From Eledone cirrhosa (Eukaryota), in assembly GCA_964016885.1 (NCBI GenBank), contig CAXHJY010001458.1:1-22095 (forward strand): a DNA stretch of 22,095 bases, written 5' to 3'. Shown here in pieces: positions 1-12,228 of this stretch. The notes beneath the pieces are model-generated. The model did not search any database and was not told the origin of the DNA. It was given only the letters and a program-made list of their open reading frames with translations. The position numbers and the translations under genes are program-made. Numbering within the stretch: position 1 is the first letter of the stretch; each line of letters starts with the position of its first letter.

Positions 1-228
<228 letters not shown>

Positions 229-301
229 AATTCCTGGAGGACTGGATTGATGTCCATCCAAACCACATCCCTTTCTTCGTCCTCACTGAAACCTATCTCA
301 C

Positions 302-2452
302 TTGGAAGCCGAGGTGAAAGTGAAAAATTTCAAAGCCATCCGTGCTGATCGCGCTGGCAGAAGAAAGGGCGGAACTGCCATTTATGTCCATAATTCTTTC
401 TCAACAGAGGTTATGAACATATTCACTAATGGATACTGTGAAGCAGTCACTGTATTCAGTCAAACCAACAACCTATTAGTAGTTGGGCTCTATAGGCCAC
501 CCCAAACGCCTGTACCATGCTTCAAGGAATGCCTCAACAGCATAAAGTGTTTCATCCAAGAGTGTCACCCTGACAACATCTTAATGATGGGGGACTTCAA
601 CCTCCCCGGAGTTGACTGGTCCACAAACAGCCTGCCACCAGGTTCTTCTGCCTCAACCTCTGACAGGGACGCTGTGGAATCGCTTCTTGACTTCATGGAT
701 GATTTCTTCCTATCCCAACTGGTGCTCGAACCAACGAGGTGCCACAAAAACGTCCTAGACTTAATTTTCAGCAATCACACTGACAATATCCACAATATTG
801 CAGTGGAGAAAACTCTACTCTCTGATCATGACATGGTTCTCTGTGATCTGAGATTCCACCGTCCAATATACAAACCCAATGTCATCTCTCCTGTCCATCC
901 GTTTGACGCTATGGATTTCCACAATGCAAACTGGGAAGCGATCAGTCATGATCTTGCACATGTCGACTGGTCCTTCACGCACACTCATACACCCACTAAC
1001 ATCAAAAAGTCCTGGCAGACATTTGTGGACACTGTTACAAACATATGTGCTAAACACACCCCATTAAGAACTATAAACAAATCTAAGAGCAGAATCCCTA
1101 GAAATAGAAAAATGCTCATCAGAAAAATTAAGAGAACGAACAAAAAAATCAACAAGCTGAAATACTGTCAGCAGCAACACATCAACTTGACTGCCATTTC
1201 ATCACTAGAGATTAAAAAACATAACCTCCAAAACAACATAATGTCCCTCATCAACAATCAGAGAAGAGCTGAAGAGGCCTGGGCCATTGAGAAGATCAAA
1301 CTCAATCCCAAAGTGTTCTTTTCATTTGCAAAAAAACACAAAATCACTGGCTCTACTGTTGGCCCTCTAATTGATGAAAATGGCACTCTTCAAGACAATG
1401 CTAAAACCATGGGTGAGATACTGCAGAAACAATACTGCTCTGTTTTCAGCAATCCTGATATGGCCGATCTGGGCTGTATCGGCGATGTTACTCCCCATTA
1501 CACCTTATCGGACATAACGTTTGGCGCCCCTGATGTCTTGGCGGCAATAAAGGAAATCAAGCATAATTCAGCAGTAGGTCCCGATAGGTTCCCTGCTTGT
1601 GTCTTGAAGGCGTGTCAACACCAACTTGCATCTCCTCTTGCCAATCTGTGGCGGAACTCACTGGATGCTGGATATGTGCCAGAAAACCTTCTATCCCAGT
1701 CTGTTGTCCCAGTTTTCAAAAAGGGAAACAAATCCCTTGCCGTGAATTACCGTCCAATCTCACTCACCTCTCATATCATTAAGGTATTTGAGCGAGTGGT
1801 GAGATCGCGAATGACCCACTTCCTTGAGAGTAACAATATGCTGAACTCCAACCAGCATGGATTCCGTAATGGAAGGGATTGCCTGACGCAGCTACTGCAT
1901 CACTTTGATGACATTTTGAGAGCCTTGGGAGAGGGTTCCAACACTGATGTTATCTACCTTGATTTCAGCAAGGCCTTTGACAGGGTTGATCATAACATTC
2001 TACTGAGAAAGCTGTCCAATATTGGTGTCACTAGAAAGCTGCTGCAGTGGATCAAGAGCTTCCTGTCAAACAGAACCCAACATGTTGTAGTTGAGGGAGT
2101 CAAATCAAGCCCAGCCAAAGTCAGTAGTGGGGTCCCACAAGGCACTGTGTTGGGCCCACTTCTCTTCATCATCTATATTAATGACATCACTGACATCATC
2201 AAACACAGCAACATTAAAATTTTCGCTGATGATTCCAAGCTCCAAAAGGTCATCAATGGCGTGGATGACCGGATAAGCCTTCAGTCAGACCTACTGGCTG
2301 TTACCCAATGGGCAGAAAAGAACAACATGTTACTGAACGAAGACAAATTCGAACTGATCCACTTTAGAAAAGAGGATGCTCTGAAACTCCGTACTCCCTT
2401 CCCTCCGGGGAAACTCTCGTGGCATCTAACAACATCAGAGACTTGGGAGTAA
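302..2452 (+). pseudogene. ORF2 endonuclease + reverse transcriptase segment of the CR1-group LINE (frameshifted)
   Basis: 716-aa ORF. An upstream piece, 231-299 ([23 protein letters not shown]), is in another frame, implying a small deletion near 300. The true frame is lost at ~2390 by a 1-nt deletion (CTCCGTAC). Confidence 0.88.
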
Positions 2453-3108
2453 CCGTGGACAGCAACATAAGCTGGACCACGCATATAAGCAGCAAAGTTG
2501 ACATGGCCCGCAGAATGTGTTCCTGGATCCTCAGAACCTTCCAGTCGAGAGATTCCCGCAACATTATCCTTCTCTTCTCTACTTTCGCCCGACCACACCT
2601 TGAATACTGTTGTCCACTGTGGTCTCCCCACACGAAACAAAGTATCATGAAACTTGAAGCTCCTCAAAGGGCAATCACGAAAAAGATAGATGGCATGTCA
2701 GACCTTGACTACTGGGGTCGATTAGAAAACCTGAAACTTTACTCACTCCAACGTCGCCGTGAGCGTTATATTATCTGCATGATGTGGAAAATGTTCCATC
2801 ATCACTGCCCAAATGATGTTGGCATCGCCTTCAAGATACACCCAAGGCTTGGGCCCCGTGCTATCCGTCCCATTCAAAAATCTAAATCGCAACTCATAAC
2901 AACAATATGGCACAATTATTTCACGTCAGTCGGCCCTGCTCTCTTCAACATCACACCAGGACACGTCAAAACAGAAACTGACCACACAAAATTCAAGAAG
3001 TCTTTGGACAAATTCCTCCAAGTAATCCCGGACAAACCACCCACACCCGGATATGTCTCCGCAAACAGTAATTCTCTTCTCGAATGGGCCATGGTGCCCA
3101 AATCCTGA
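2392..3108 (+). pseudogene. C-terminal (post-RT) segment of CR1-group ORF2
   Basis: Same frame as track ORF 2419..3108. It reads YSLPSGETLVASNNIRDLGV...RPHLEYCCPLWSPH...KFKKSLDKFL...PTPGY and continues the RT after the frameshift. Confidence 0.85.
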
Positions 3109-3154
3109 ATTGAAAGACTTCGCCAGGTGGTGCTATTAAGTTAGACATGGCCTG

Positions 3155-3195
3155 GGCCAATACTGGCCAAAACATTTCAAAGTTATTCAAAGTTA
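3155..3195 (+). other. LINE 3' recognition stem-loop and tandem-repeat tail
   Basis: GGCCA-ATAC-TGGCC hairpin (3155-3168) followed by TTCAAAGTTA x2 (3176-3195), the architecture typical of CR1/L2 3' ends. Confidence 0.6.
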
Positions 3196-3204
3196 TTATA
3201 CATA

Positions 3205-3278
<74 letters not shown>

Positions 3279-3291
3279 CATATATATATAC

Positions 3292-3323
<32 letters not shown>

Positions 3324-3364
3324 ATACATATATATATATACATATACATATATATATACATACA
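3196..3364. repeat. (TA)n microsatellite, C-interrupted
   Basis: Read directly. Confidence 0.97.
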
Positions 3365-3413
3365 TGTTGGATAAGTGGAGTGTTATACACCCCTGATCCT
3401 CTCCCTAATATAC
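3365..3413 (+). repeat. 49-bp direct repeat of 6232-6280 (partial terminal repeat of the hammerhead element)
   Basis: TGTTGGATAAGTGGAGTGTTATACACCCCTGATCCTCTCCCTAATATAC vs TGCTGGATAAGTGGAGTGTTATACACCCCTGATCCTTTCCCTAGCATAC, 45/49 identical by eye. Both are followed by G-interrupted (TA)n. Confidence 0.9.
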
Positions 3414-4086
<673 letters not shown>

Positions 4087-4695
4087 GTCAGGTCACCACT
4101 TGGTGCTACTGGTAACATGTATCCCAGTACAACCTGTCTCATGGTCGGGTCGTTGGCGACTAAACTGGCAACCCCACTAAGGTTTCTTGGTGAGGAGGGT
4201 GACTTTGGACATCCTGCAGGACTAAAAACAAAACCTGTCAAAGGGCAAAGGAGCTCTTAAGAGTCAATGGCCATCCAAAATCACTGGGAGAGATGACCCC
4301 TTAGCCTTTGTCAAGGCAGAATTCTAGGAGAAGGAAAACTCTGATATAACACCTGCAACCCTGATGGTATCCAATGATGTTGACTTGTTCTTCTTTTTGG
4401 TAAATATCATCTTGGTTAAGAGAGTGGGACTGGCTTTGTGCAGTGCCTTTGCTCACTATAAAAGCTTCACGGCACAGGCATTGCTTTATATCTGGAGATC
4501 TCTCTGCACTTGCCGTCACATGGTACCATGGGCCCAGCACTATGTGTCAATAATTGTCACAAGTGTAGTGTTTGTACCAGAGTTTTCAAGTCGCTGACTG
4601 GACTAAAAAGTCACACTCGTTCTGCGCATCGGTAGGGGTTCTCCTACATGGATATAAAGTAGTGGCCGTACTCGAAAACGAGTTGGCAGCCACCA
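4087..4695 (+). mobile_element. Non-autonomous bipartite (internally deleted) RTE derivative
   Basis: ~4277-4484 aligns with the 5' UTR of the intact RTE (~8160-8386: CACTGGGAG, TTCTAGGAGAAGG, GATATAA, GATGTTGA, AGAGAGTGGGA, GCACAGGCATTGC). 4555-4635 encodes CHKCSVCTRVFKSLTGLKSHTRSAHR*, homologous to the last C2H2 finger and stop of that ORF. 4662-4693 is the same 3' stem-loop. Confidence 0.85.
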
Positions 4696-5344
4696 TATAT
4701 ATATATATATATATATGGTGGGTCTGGTCTAATGTGGTATTTCGGTGTTTAATATCGTATTTAATATCGGCTTTGACCCGGGTGTCCTACGCTGTGTGTG
4801 TGTGCGTGTGTGTCCGTGTATACATTTATATGTGTATGGGTGTAGGTGGTTATATGTGTCTGTATATATAAAAATATATATATATATATATATGTATACC
4901 GTCTCTGCATATGCATGTGGTGTGTATACGTGCATATACGTGCTGAACATATTGATGTGTACAATCTTGTGATGTCCCAATGCGGTGACTTAATGGCTCT
5001 TGAAGCTATTTTTTATATATCTTCTGTCTTTTTATATATATTTTGTATGCGCTACAACTGTATCTGCTTGCTTTAACCCGCCTCACCTCGCTTGCTAATG
5101 CACGTGAATTCTTCTACCTCCTTCGATGCACCTCTCTCTGACCATTGGACTCCTGCCCGTGTGTGAACCGGTTTGTGATTACCCCACCGCTCAACTGTGT
5201 GAATGCACACCCATGACTTTCGAGTGAACTTTCGAGACTGCCCAACCTGGGACGCATCCATTGCCTTGCAATGGTCAAGTGATACTGGTGACTGTGACAC
5301 TTAGTGCCTTCGTGGGCCCCTGATATATTCAAGAGATATATTCT

Positions 5345-5525
5345 AAAAAAATATATATCTTATCTCAATTTACTTTATTTCATTTTATTTTATTTCATTT
5401 CATGTTATCTAATTTTATTTATTTACTTACTTGACTCCATTTATTTATTTATTTATTTATTTAAATTTAAATTTAAATTTTAATTTTAAAATTTTAAATT
5501 TTAATTTTATATATTTATTTAATTT

Positions 5526-5557
<32 letters not shown>

Positions 5558-6012
5558 TTACATTTAATTACATTTAATTATACATTTAATTATATCTTAT
5601 ATTATATTATTTTAATTTAGTCTATGTTATTTGATTTTAGTTTACCTTATTTTATCTTATTTTACGATTATATTATATTATTTTATCTCATTCCTTACCC
5701 TATATTTTATATGTAAGTTTGTTATGTATTTCTTTGTATTTCTTTTTATATATATTATAAGTCTGTTTTTCACCTATTTTTTACCTATTTTTTACCTACT
5801 CTTACCTAATCCCATTATCTTATCTACTCTTGTCTGTTCTCTTATCCATGTGTCTACTCTTGTCTGTTCTCTTATCCATGTGTATGCTTGTATGTAACTA
5901 TATGTTGACAGCACCCCGCCCAACTGTGACTGATAGCACCCCTTATTTTTATTTTTATTTTTATTTTTATTTTTATTTTTATTTTTATTTTTATTTTTAC
6001 TTTTATTTTTAT
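5345..6012. repeat. AT-rich low-complexity region with (TTTA)n, (TAATTACATT)x3, a 30-bp tandem duplication at 5823-5882 and (TTTTTA)n at ~5943-6012
   Basis: Read directly. Confidence 0.85.
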
Positions 6013-6097
6013 TCTTATCCTTTATCGTCTATTATTACCTTTCATTCTTCAATGTCTTCGATTTGTTATTGCTTGTATGGTATGTAATTAACCTTTA

Positions 6098-6143
6098 TGC
6101 TCTGATGAGTCCCACTTATAGTGCGGATGAAACAATGTTAGCA
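6098..6143 (+). ncRNA. Minimal type I hammerhead ribozyme
   Basis: Stem I TGCT(6098-6101)/AGCA(6140-6143). Core CTGATGA (6102-6108). Stem II GTCC/GGAT plus CAC/GTG. GAAA (6129-6132). Stem III AC-AAT-GT. GUU triplet, with predicted cleavage after 6139. Confidence 0.8.
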
Positions 6144-6277
6144 AGTAAAGATATGCATATGCTATAAGCGTTCTTTGTTATATATTATATTACGGCTCTG
6201 TCCTCAGACATTGAGCTAACCTCATACTGCCTGCTGGATAAGTGGAGTGTTATACACCCCTGATCCTTTCCCTAGCA

Positions 6278-7054
<777 letters not shown>

Positions 7055-7169
7055 TCGATAGGGTATGGTATGGTAATGACATGTGATGGTGGGGAGAGAG
7101 TGTAGATGTTATTGTGGTGGTGTGGACAGTGAGATGTATCTAGTTCATTTGACCGTTTTCTTCTCTTAG

Positions 7170-7203
7170 CAAAATTTGAATTCTAGCCATGTTATATTGA
7201 GAT
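7170..7203 (+). other. Candidate 34-nt host micro-exon
   Basis: Branch-like TTGAC, a pyrimidine tract and TAG acceptor (7148-7169), and a GTAAGT donor at 7204. Only one frame is open ([11 protein letters not shown]). No homology evidence. Confidence 0.25.
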
Positions 7204-7371
7204 GTAAGTAAATGTAAAATATAAATAAGGATTGCTCTGCTAAAATATACCTGTTGTCAAACTCTCTACTCTCTGATGAATGTATATATATATATGTGTG
7301 TGTATGTATATGTGTGTATATACATCACTCATATGTGTGTGTATGTATATGTGTGTATATACATCACTCAG

Positions 7372-7705
7372 TCAAACAACCAGATTTCAACCCCAACATC
7401 TACAACAACAACAACACCGGCCCTAATGTTTACAGCAACAACAGCTTCAGAATGAACTGAAATGAACATTTACAACAATTACAACAACAACAACAACAGC
7501 GGCATCAAAACATAAAAAAAGGAAGGGAAAAGAAAAAAGAAAAGGGAAGGGGAAAAAAAAAAAAAAGGAGAAAAAAAAAGAAAGGAAAAAAAAAAAAAAA
7601 AACTCAAAATAACAAAACACACACACACACACACACAACAGAACAACAACATCAACTGCCACCACCACCACCACCGCCACCGCCGTCGCCATCACCATCA
7701 CCAGC
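7372..7705. repeat. Low-complexity (CAA)n / A-G-rich / (CA)n / (CAC)n stretch
   Basis: Read directly. Confidence 0.75.
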
Positions 7706-8078
7706 GACCTGGCCTTAAGAACAACTTTAATAATAATTTTTCTGCTTTTGGCACGGATCCAGCGACTGGCCAGCGCATCACTGGTACTCTCTTTTGTTGA
7801 CTCCGTGGAGAGCCATAACTCTATGCTGTAAAGCAATTATAGTAATACTGGACTGTAATACGATCGGCTTCAACTATACAAACTCTTGAAAGTCAACAGT
7901 TGACATAATCTGGTAATCTTGTATCAGTAATGACGGTAATATATATATATATATGTGTGTGTGTGCGTGTAAGTGAGTAGAGTAGCGTGTGTGTGTGTTT
8001 GTTGTGTGTGTGAGTGTTGCTGTGTGCACGCATATGTATGCGTGTGTGTGTATGTCGTACGTATAAGTGTCAATAAGT

Positions 8079-8112
<34 letters not shown>

Positions 8113-8114
<2 letters not shown>

Positions 8115-8415
8115 GCGGGGACATAGAAATAATCGGGCTGGATGCCCGATCGCGCAGTTAAACCACTGGGAGTGAAGAACCCCTAGCCCATGTCAGGGTA
8201 TTCTTCTAGGAGAAGGCATCTCAGGAAACTGGGTTAACTCCGATATAAAACCTGCGGCTCAGTAGTTACCGATGATGTTGATCTTTTCTTCTTTTCGGGT
8301 TATAGCTACTGTCGCTCAGAGAGTGGGATTGGTTCAGTGCACAGTCTTTCCTCACTTTAAAAATATTCGTCACGCACAGGCATTGCACGAGTGCATTAAT
8401 AATTATTAATAGTGT

Positions 8416-8450
<35 letters not shown>

Positions 8451-11400
8451 TATTATTACTTTTTTTTTTTTTTTTCTCCCTTTTTTTTTTTTTTTTTTTT
8501 TTTTTTCCAATTCAATGATGTTCCAGAACAATGTAAACGAGATAATTGCCAATTTGGGTTCTGGAACAAAAAAGATCATTGGCAATAAGGGCAGGGGCCC
8601 CAAGTTATCACAACCTGGGCCCGCCCGTCATCGTGCCATTGTAATAGAGCCAAACAGGGCATTTAGTCTTGGCTGCTGGAACGTACGGACGCTGCTTGAC
8701 AGGGATTCTTTGGAGCGTCCTGAACGAAGGACCGCTCTTGTTGCGAAGGAGCTTCGACGTTACGATCTTGACATCGTGGCTTTGTCTGAGACGAGGTTAG
8801 CTGGAGATGGTCATCTTACGGAATTTTGTGGAGAATATACATTCTTCTGGAAAGGAAGAGATGAAGGAACCAGAAGAGAGGCTGGGGTAGGATTTGCTGT
8901 TAAGACTGTACTGGTGAATAAATTGGAAGAATTCCCAGTGGGGATTAGTGAGCGTCTTATGTCCATGAGAGTTCCGCTGGACAAGGGAAGATATGCTACC
9001 CTGGTGAGTGTGTATGCTCCAACTATGAATTCTGTCGATGAAGAAAAACTGTCCTTTTACCATGCCTTGAAAGGTGTTTTAAGAAATATCCCTCAGGCAG
9101 ACAAAGTCATCGTGCTTGGTGACTTTAATGCTAGAGTGGGTAGGGATTTTAACACATGGAATGTAATCGGAAGGCATGGGGTGGGAAAGTGTAACAGCAA
9201 TGGTATGCTCTTGCTGCAGATGTGTGAGGAGCTGGATCTGTGTGTTACCAACACCATGTTCCAACAAAAGAACAAATTCAAGACCACATGGATGCATCCT
9301 GCATCTAAGGAATGGCATCTTTTGGACTACGTCCTAGTCAGGATGCGTGACAGACAGGATGTGCGGTGTGTTCGTGTTCTTCGTGGAGCTGAGTGCTGGA
9401 CGGACCACCGCCTGGTACGCGCAAAAGTGAATCTAATCACCAAACGTAAAATCCGGGCTCCTGGTGTTACCCTGCCCAAAAGATTGAATGCTGCTCGTCT
9501 TAAGGATAAAAATGTGAAGAGGACATTGGAAGAAGAGATGCAGGCTGCAGATCTTGGTGAGGATTGGCCGACCCTTAAAAAGTCGGTTTATGATGTAGGC
9601 AGACGTGTTCTGGGATTGGTGCAGAGAAAACATCAGGACTGGTTTAATGAGAAAGATGTGCATATAGATGACTTGTTGGCTGATAAGAGGCGCGCTCTGT
9701 CACGCTACTTGACGGCAAGACCACAGGAGAGGAATACGTTGCATGAGGAGCTCAGGGATGTAAAATCACGTGTTAGGCGGAGTCTTTCTCAGATGAAGGA
9801 TCAGTGGTGGAGTGAGAAGGCTGGTGAGATACAAACTGCGTCTGATTGCAATAACACAAAGCTGTTGTACAGTCTCTTGCGTGAGGTTTATGGACCGTCT
9901 TCTTCTCTGGTGACACCGATTCGCAGCAAGGATGGCAAAGAACTTCTTCGTGACTCACAGGGAATTCTACGAAGGTGGCGGGAGCACTTTGATGATCTTT
10001 TGAATCAGCCGTCTGTCGTCAGTGAAGATTTCCTCAATCTCATTCCGGAAAGTCCTGTGAAAGTAGCTCTCGCAGAGCCTCCGACACTTGTGGAGGTTGC
10101 AGTGGCTATTTCGAAGCTGAACAGTGGAAGATCTCCAGGTATGGATGGCATACATGCTGAGCTCCTACAATATGGTGGTGAGAGACTCCTGCAACATCTT
10201 CACTCTCTGTTTGGAAGGATATGGGCTAATGAATCCGTGCCTGAGGACTGGAGAGATGCAGTAATGGTGGTCTTGTACAAGGGAAAGGGTAACAGGAATG
10301 ATTGTGGGAACTACAGAGGTATATCATTGCTTTCTGTCGTGGGGAAAGTTTTATGTAGGGTGCTTCTGGACCGTCTGCTGACACACATTGCAGATTGTGT
10401 CCTTCCTGAAAGTCAATCTGGTTTTCGTGTTGGACGCGGCACTACTGATATGATCTTCTCAGCTAGACAGCTCCAGGAGAAGTGCATTGAACAGGGCTTG
10501 GATCTGTATCAGGTTTTTGTCGATCTGACAAAGGCTTTCGATACTGTCAACAGAGATGCATTATGGAAGGTTCTCCAGAAACTTGGTTGCCCTGATAAGT
10601 TCCTTGCTTTAGTTAGGTCTTTCCATGACGACATGAAGGCTTGGGTTAATGTCGGAGGTAACATGTCGGAGCCTATCTCAGTAAAAAATGGAGTGAAACA
10701 GGGGGATATTCCAGCACCGACCCTGTTTGCCATATACTTTGCAATGGTTTTCTGTATTGCATTCAGGAATTGCGAGCATGGTGTTTACATCCGATATCGA
10801 ACCTCAGGCAGCATATTTAACATCAGGCGCTTTGCTGCGAAGACAAAAGTATTTACATCAGTCATAAGAGACCTCTTGTATGCAGATGATTGCGATCTTG
10901 TAGCGCACACAGAGAGTGATATGCAGCACATTTTGAATGTATTTTCTGACGCTTGCACTGCCCTGGGTTTGACTGTCAGTCTCAAGAAAACCGTCGTCAT
11001 GTACCAACCTGCACCTGGTAGGCAGTACACTGAACCAAACATCTATGTGTATGGCAAACGACTTGGAGTGGTTGATCAGTTTGTCTACCTGGGAAGCACT
11101 GTCAATCGATACGGCAACCTTGACAGTGAAATCTCACTTAGGATTAGGAAAGCAAGTGATGCTTTCGGAAAGCTAGAAAGGCGACTCTGGGGTCGGCGAG
11201 ACATATGCAGGAGGACAAAGGTAAAGGTGTACAGGGCATGTGTACTCTCTTGTCTTCTTTATGCCTGCGAGACCTGGGTCACATATCGACGCCACCTTAA
11301 GCAATTGGAGCGTTTCCATCAGATGTGTCTCAGACGGATACATGGCGTTCGCTGGAGGGACCACATCAGTGATGTCGAGATTTTGGAAAGCTCTATGTGT

Positions 11401-12068
11401 GACAGTATAGAAGCTCTTGTGCTTAAGCAGCGACTCCGTTGGAGTGGTCACCTTGCCAGGATGAAGGATTCTAGAATACCAAAACAACTCTTCTATGGAG
11501 AGTTGGTTAAAGGAAAACGACCGCCACATAAACCAAAAAAGAGGTATAAGGATTCCTTGAAGGCCTCTCTGAAAGACGCTAACATCTCTGCTGATACATG
11601 GGAAAATATTGCTGCTGATCGTAATAAATGGAGAAAGACTGTATATGAGGGAAAAGTTGCCTTTGAGGCATCTCGAATCGCACACGAGAAAGTAAAGCGG
11701 GACGTGAGGAAGGGTATTGCTGTTGCACTTCCAGACGGCGAGGGTCCTCCTATGTTTCTGACATGCAGCGTCTGTGCGAGACTCTGCCTAAGCAAAGCTG
11801 GACTCGAAAGTCATCTTCGCAGTCATAAAGTAAGACCAGTGGTTGACTACCAGGCTGCTGTTGGAGATGCTACTCATCATGCTTGCCAAACATGTGGTAG
11901 AGAATGTAAATCAGCAGGAGGACTCAAGCGACATGCAAAAGTACACGAACTCCAACCACAGCCGACTATTCCCAGTAAATGTTTTGGTTGCCGACTCTGT
12001 GCAAGACATTTTGGATCATTGGCTGGGCTAAAAAGCCACATTCGATCGCAGCACTGTTAGTTGCTATC

Positions 12069-12106
<38 letters not shown>

Positions 12107-12182
12107 GCTTATGTGCGTGCGTGTGTGTGTATATATATATGAATATGTATATTATTGTTGTTGTCGTTATTATTATTATTGC

Positions 12183-12228
<46 letters not shown>

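Larger units (their letters stand above)
229..3198 (+). mobile_element. 5'-truncated non-LTR retrotransposon, CR1/L2 group, ORF2 only
   Basis: APE endonuclease motifs (TETYL, GLYRPP, GDFN, LDLIF, SDH) and RT motifs (NYRPISLTS, YLDFSKAFDRV, SGVPQGTVLGPLLF, FADD). The C-terminus is CR1-like (RPHLEYCCPLWSP, LYSLQRRRERY). A short 3' UTR ends in a stem-loop and (TTCAAAGTTA)2. TA repeats flank both sides. Confidence 0.9.

Noticed and set aside
4087-4180. Possible HDV-like ribozyme in the RTE-type 5' UTR (CCAGT...CTAA-ACTGG)
   Set aside because: I could not build the P1/P1.1 nested pseudoknot, and simple hairpins explain the pairing. An RNArobo or Infernal search would settle it.
5073-5332. Possible GIY-YIG remnant (FFYLLRC on plus, QVGQSRK on minus)
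   Set aside because: The motifs are weak, on opposite strands and interrupted by stops, so they are unsupported without an HMM hit.
7273-7330. CTGATGA followed by a TA-rich hairpin, a possible additional hammerhead
   Set aside because: No downstream GAAA, stem III or stem I partner.
8797-11795. Short antisense and alternate-frame ORFs overlapping the LINE ORFs (also within 565-2667 and 14878-17055)
   Set aside because: Shadow ORFs of real coding frames with no recognisable motifs.
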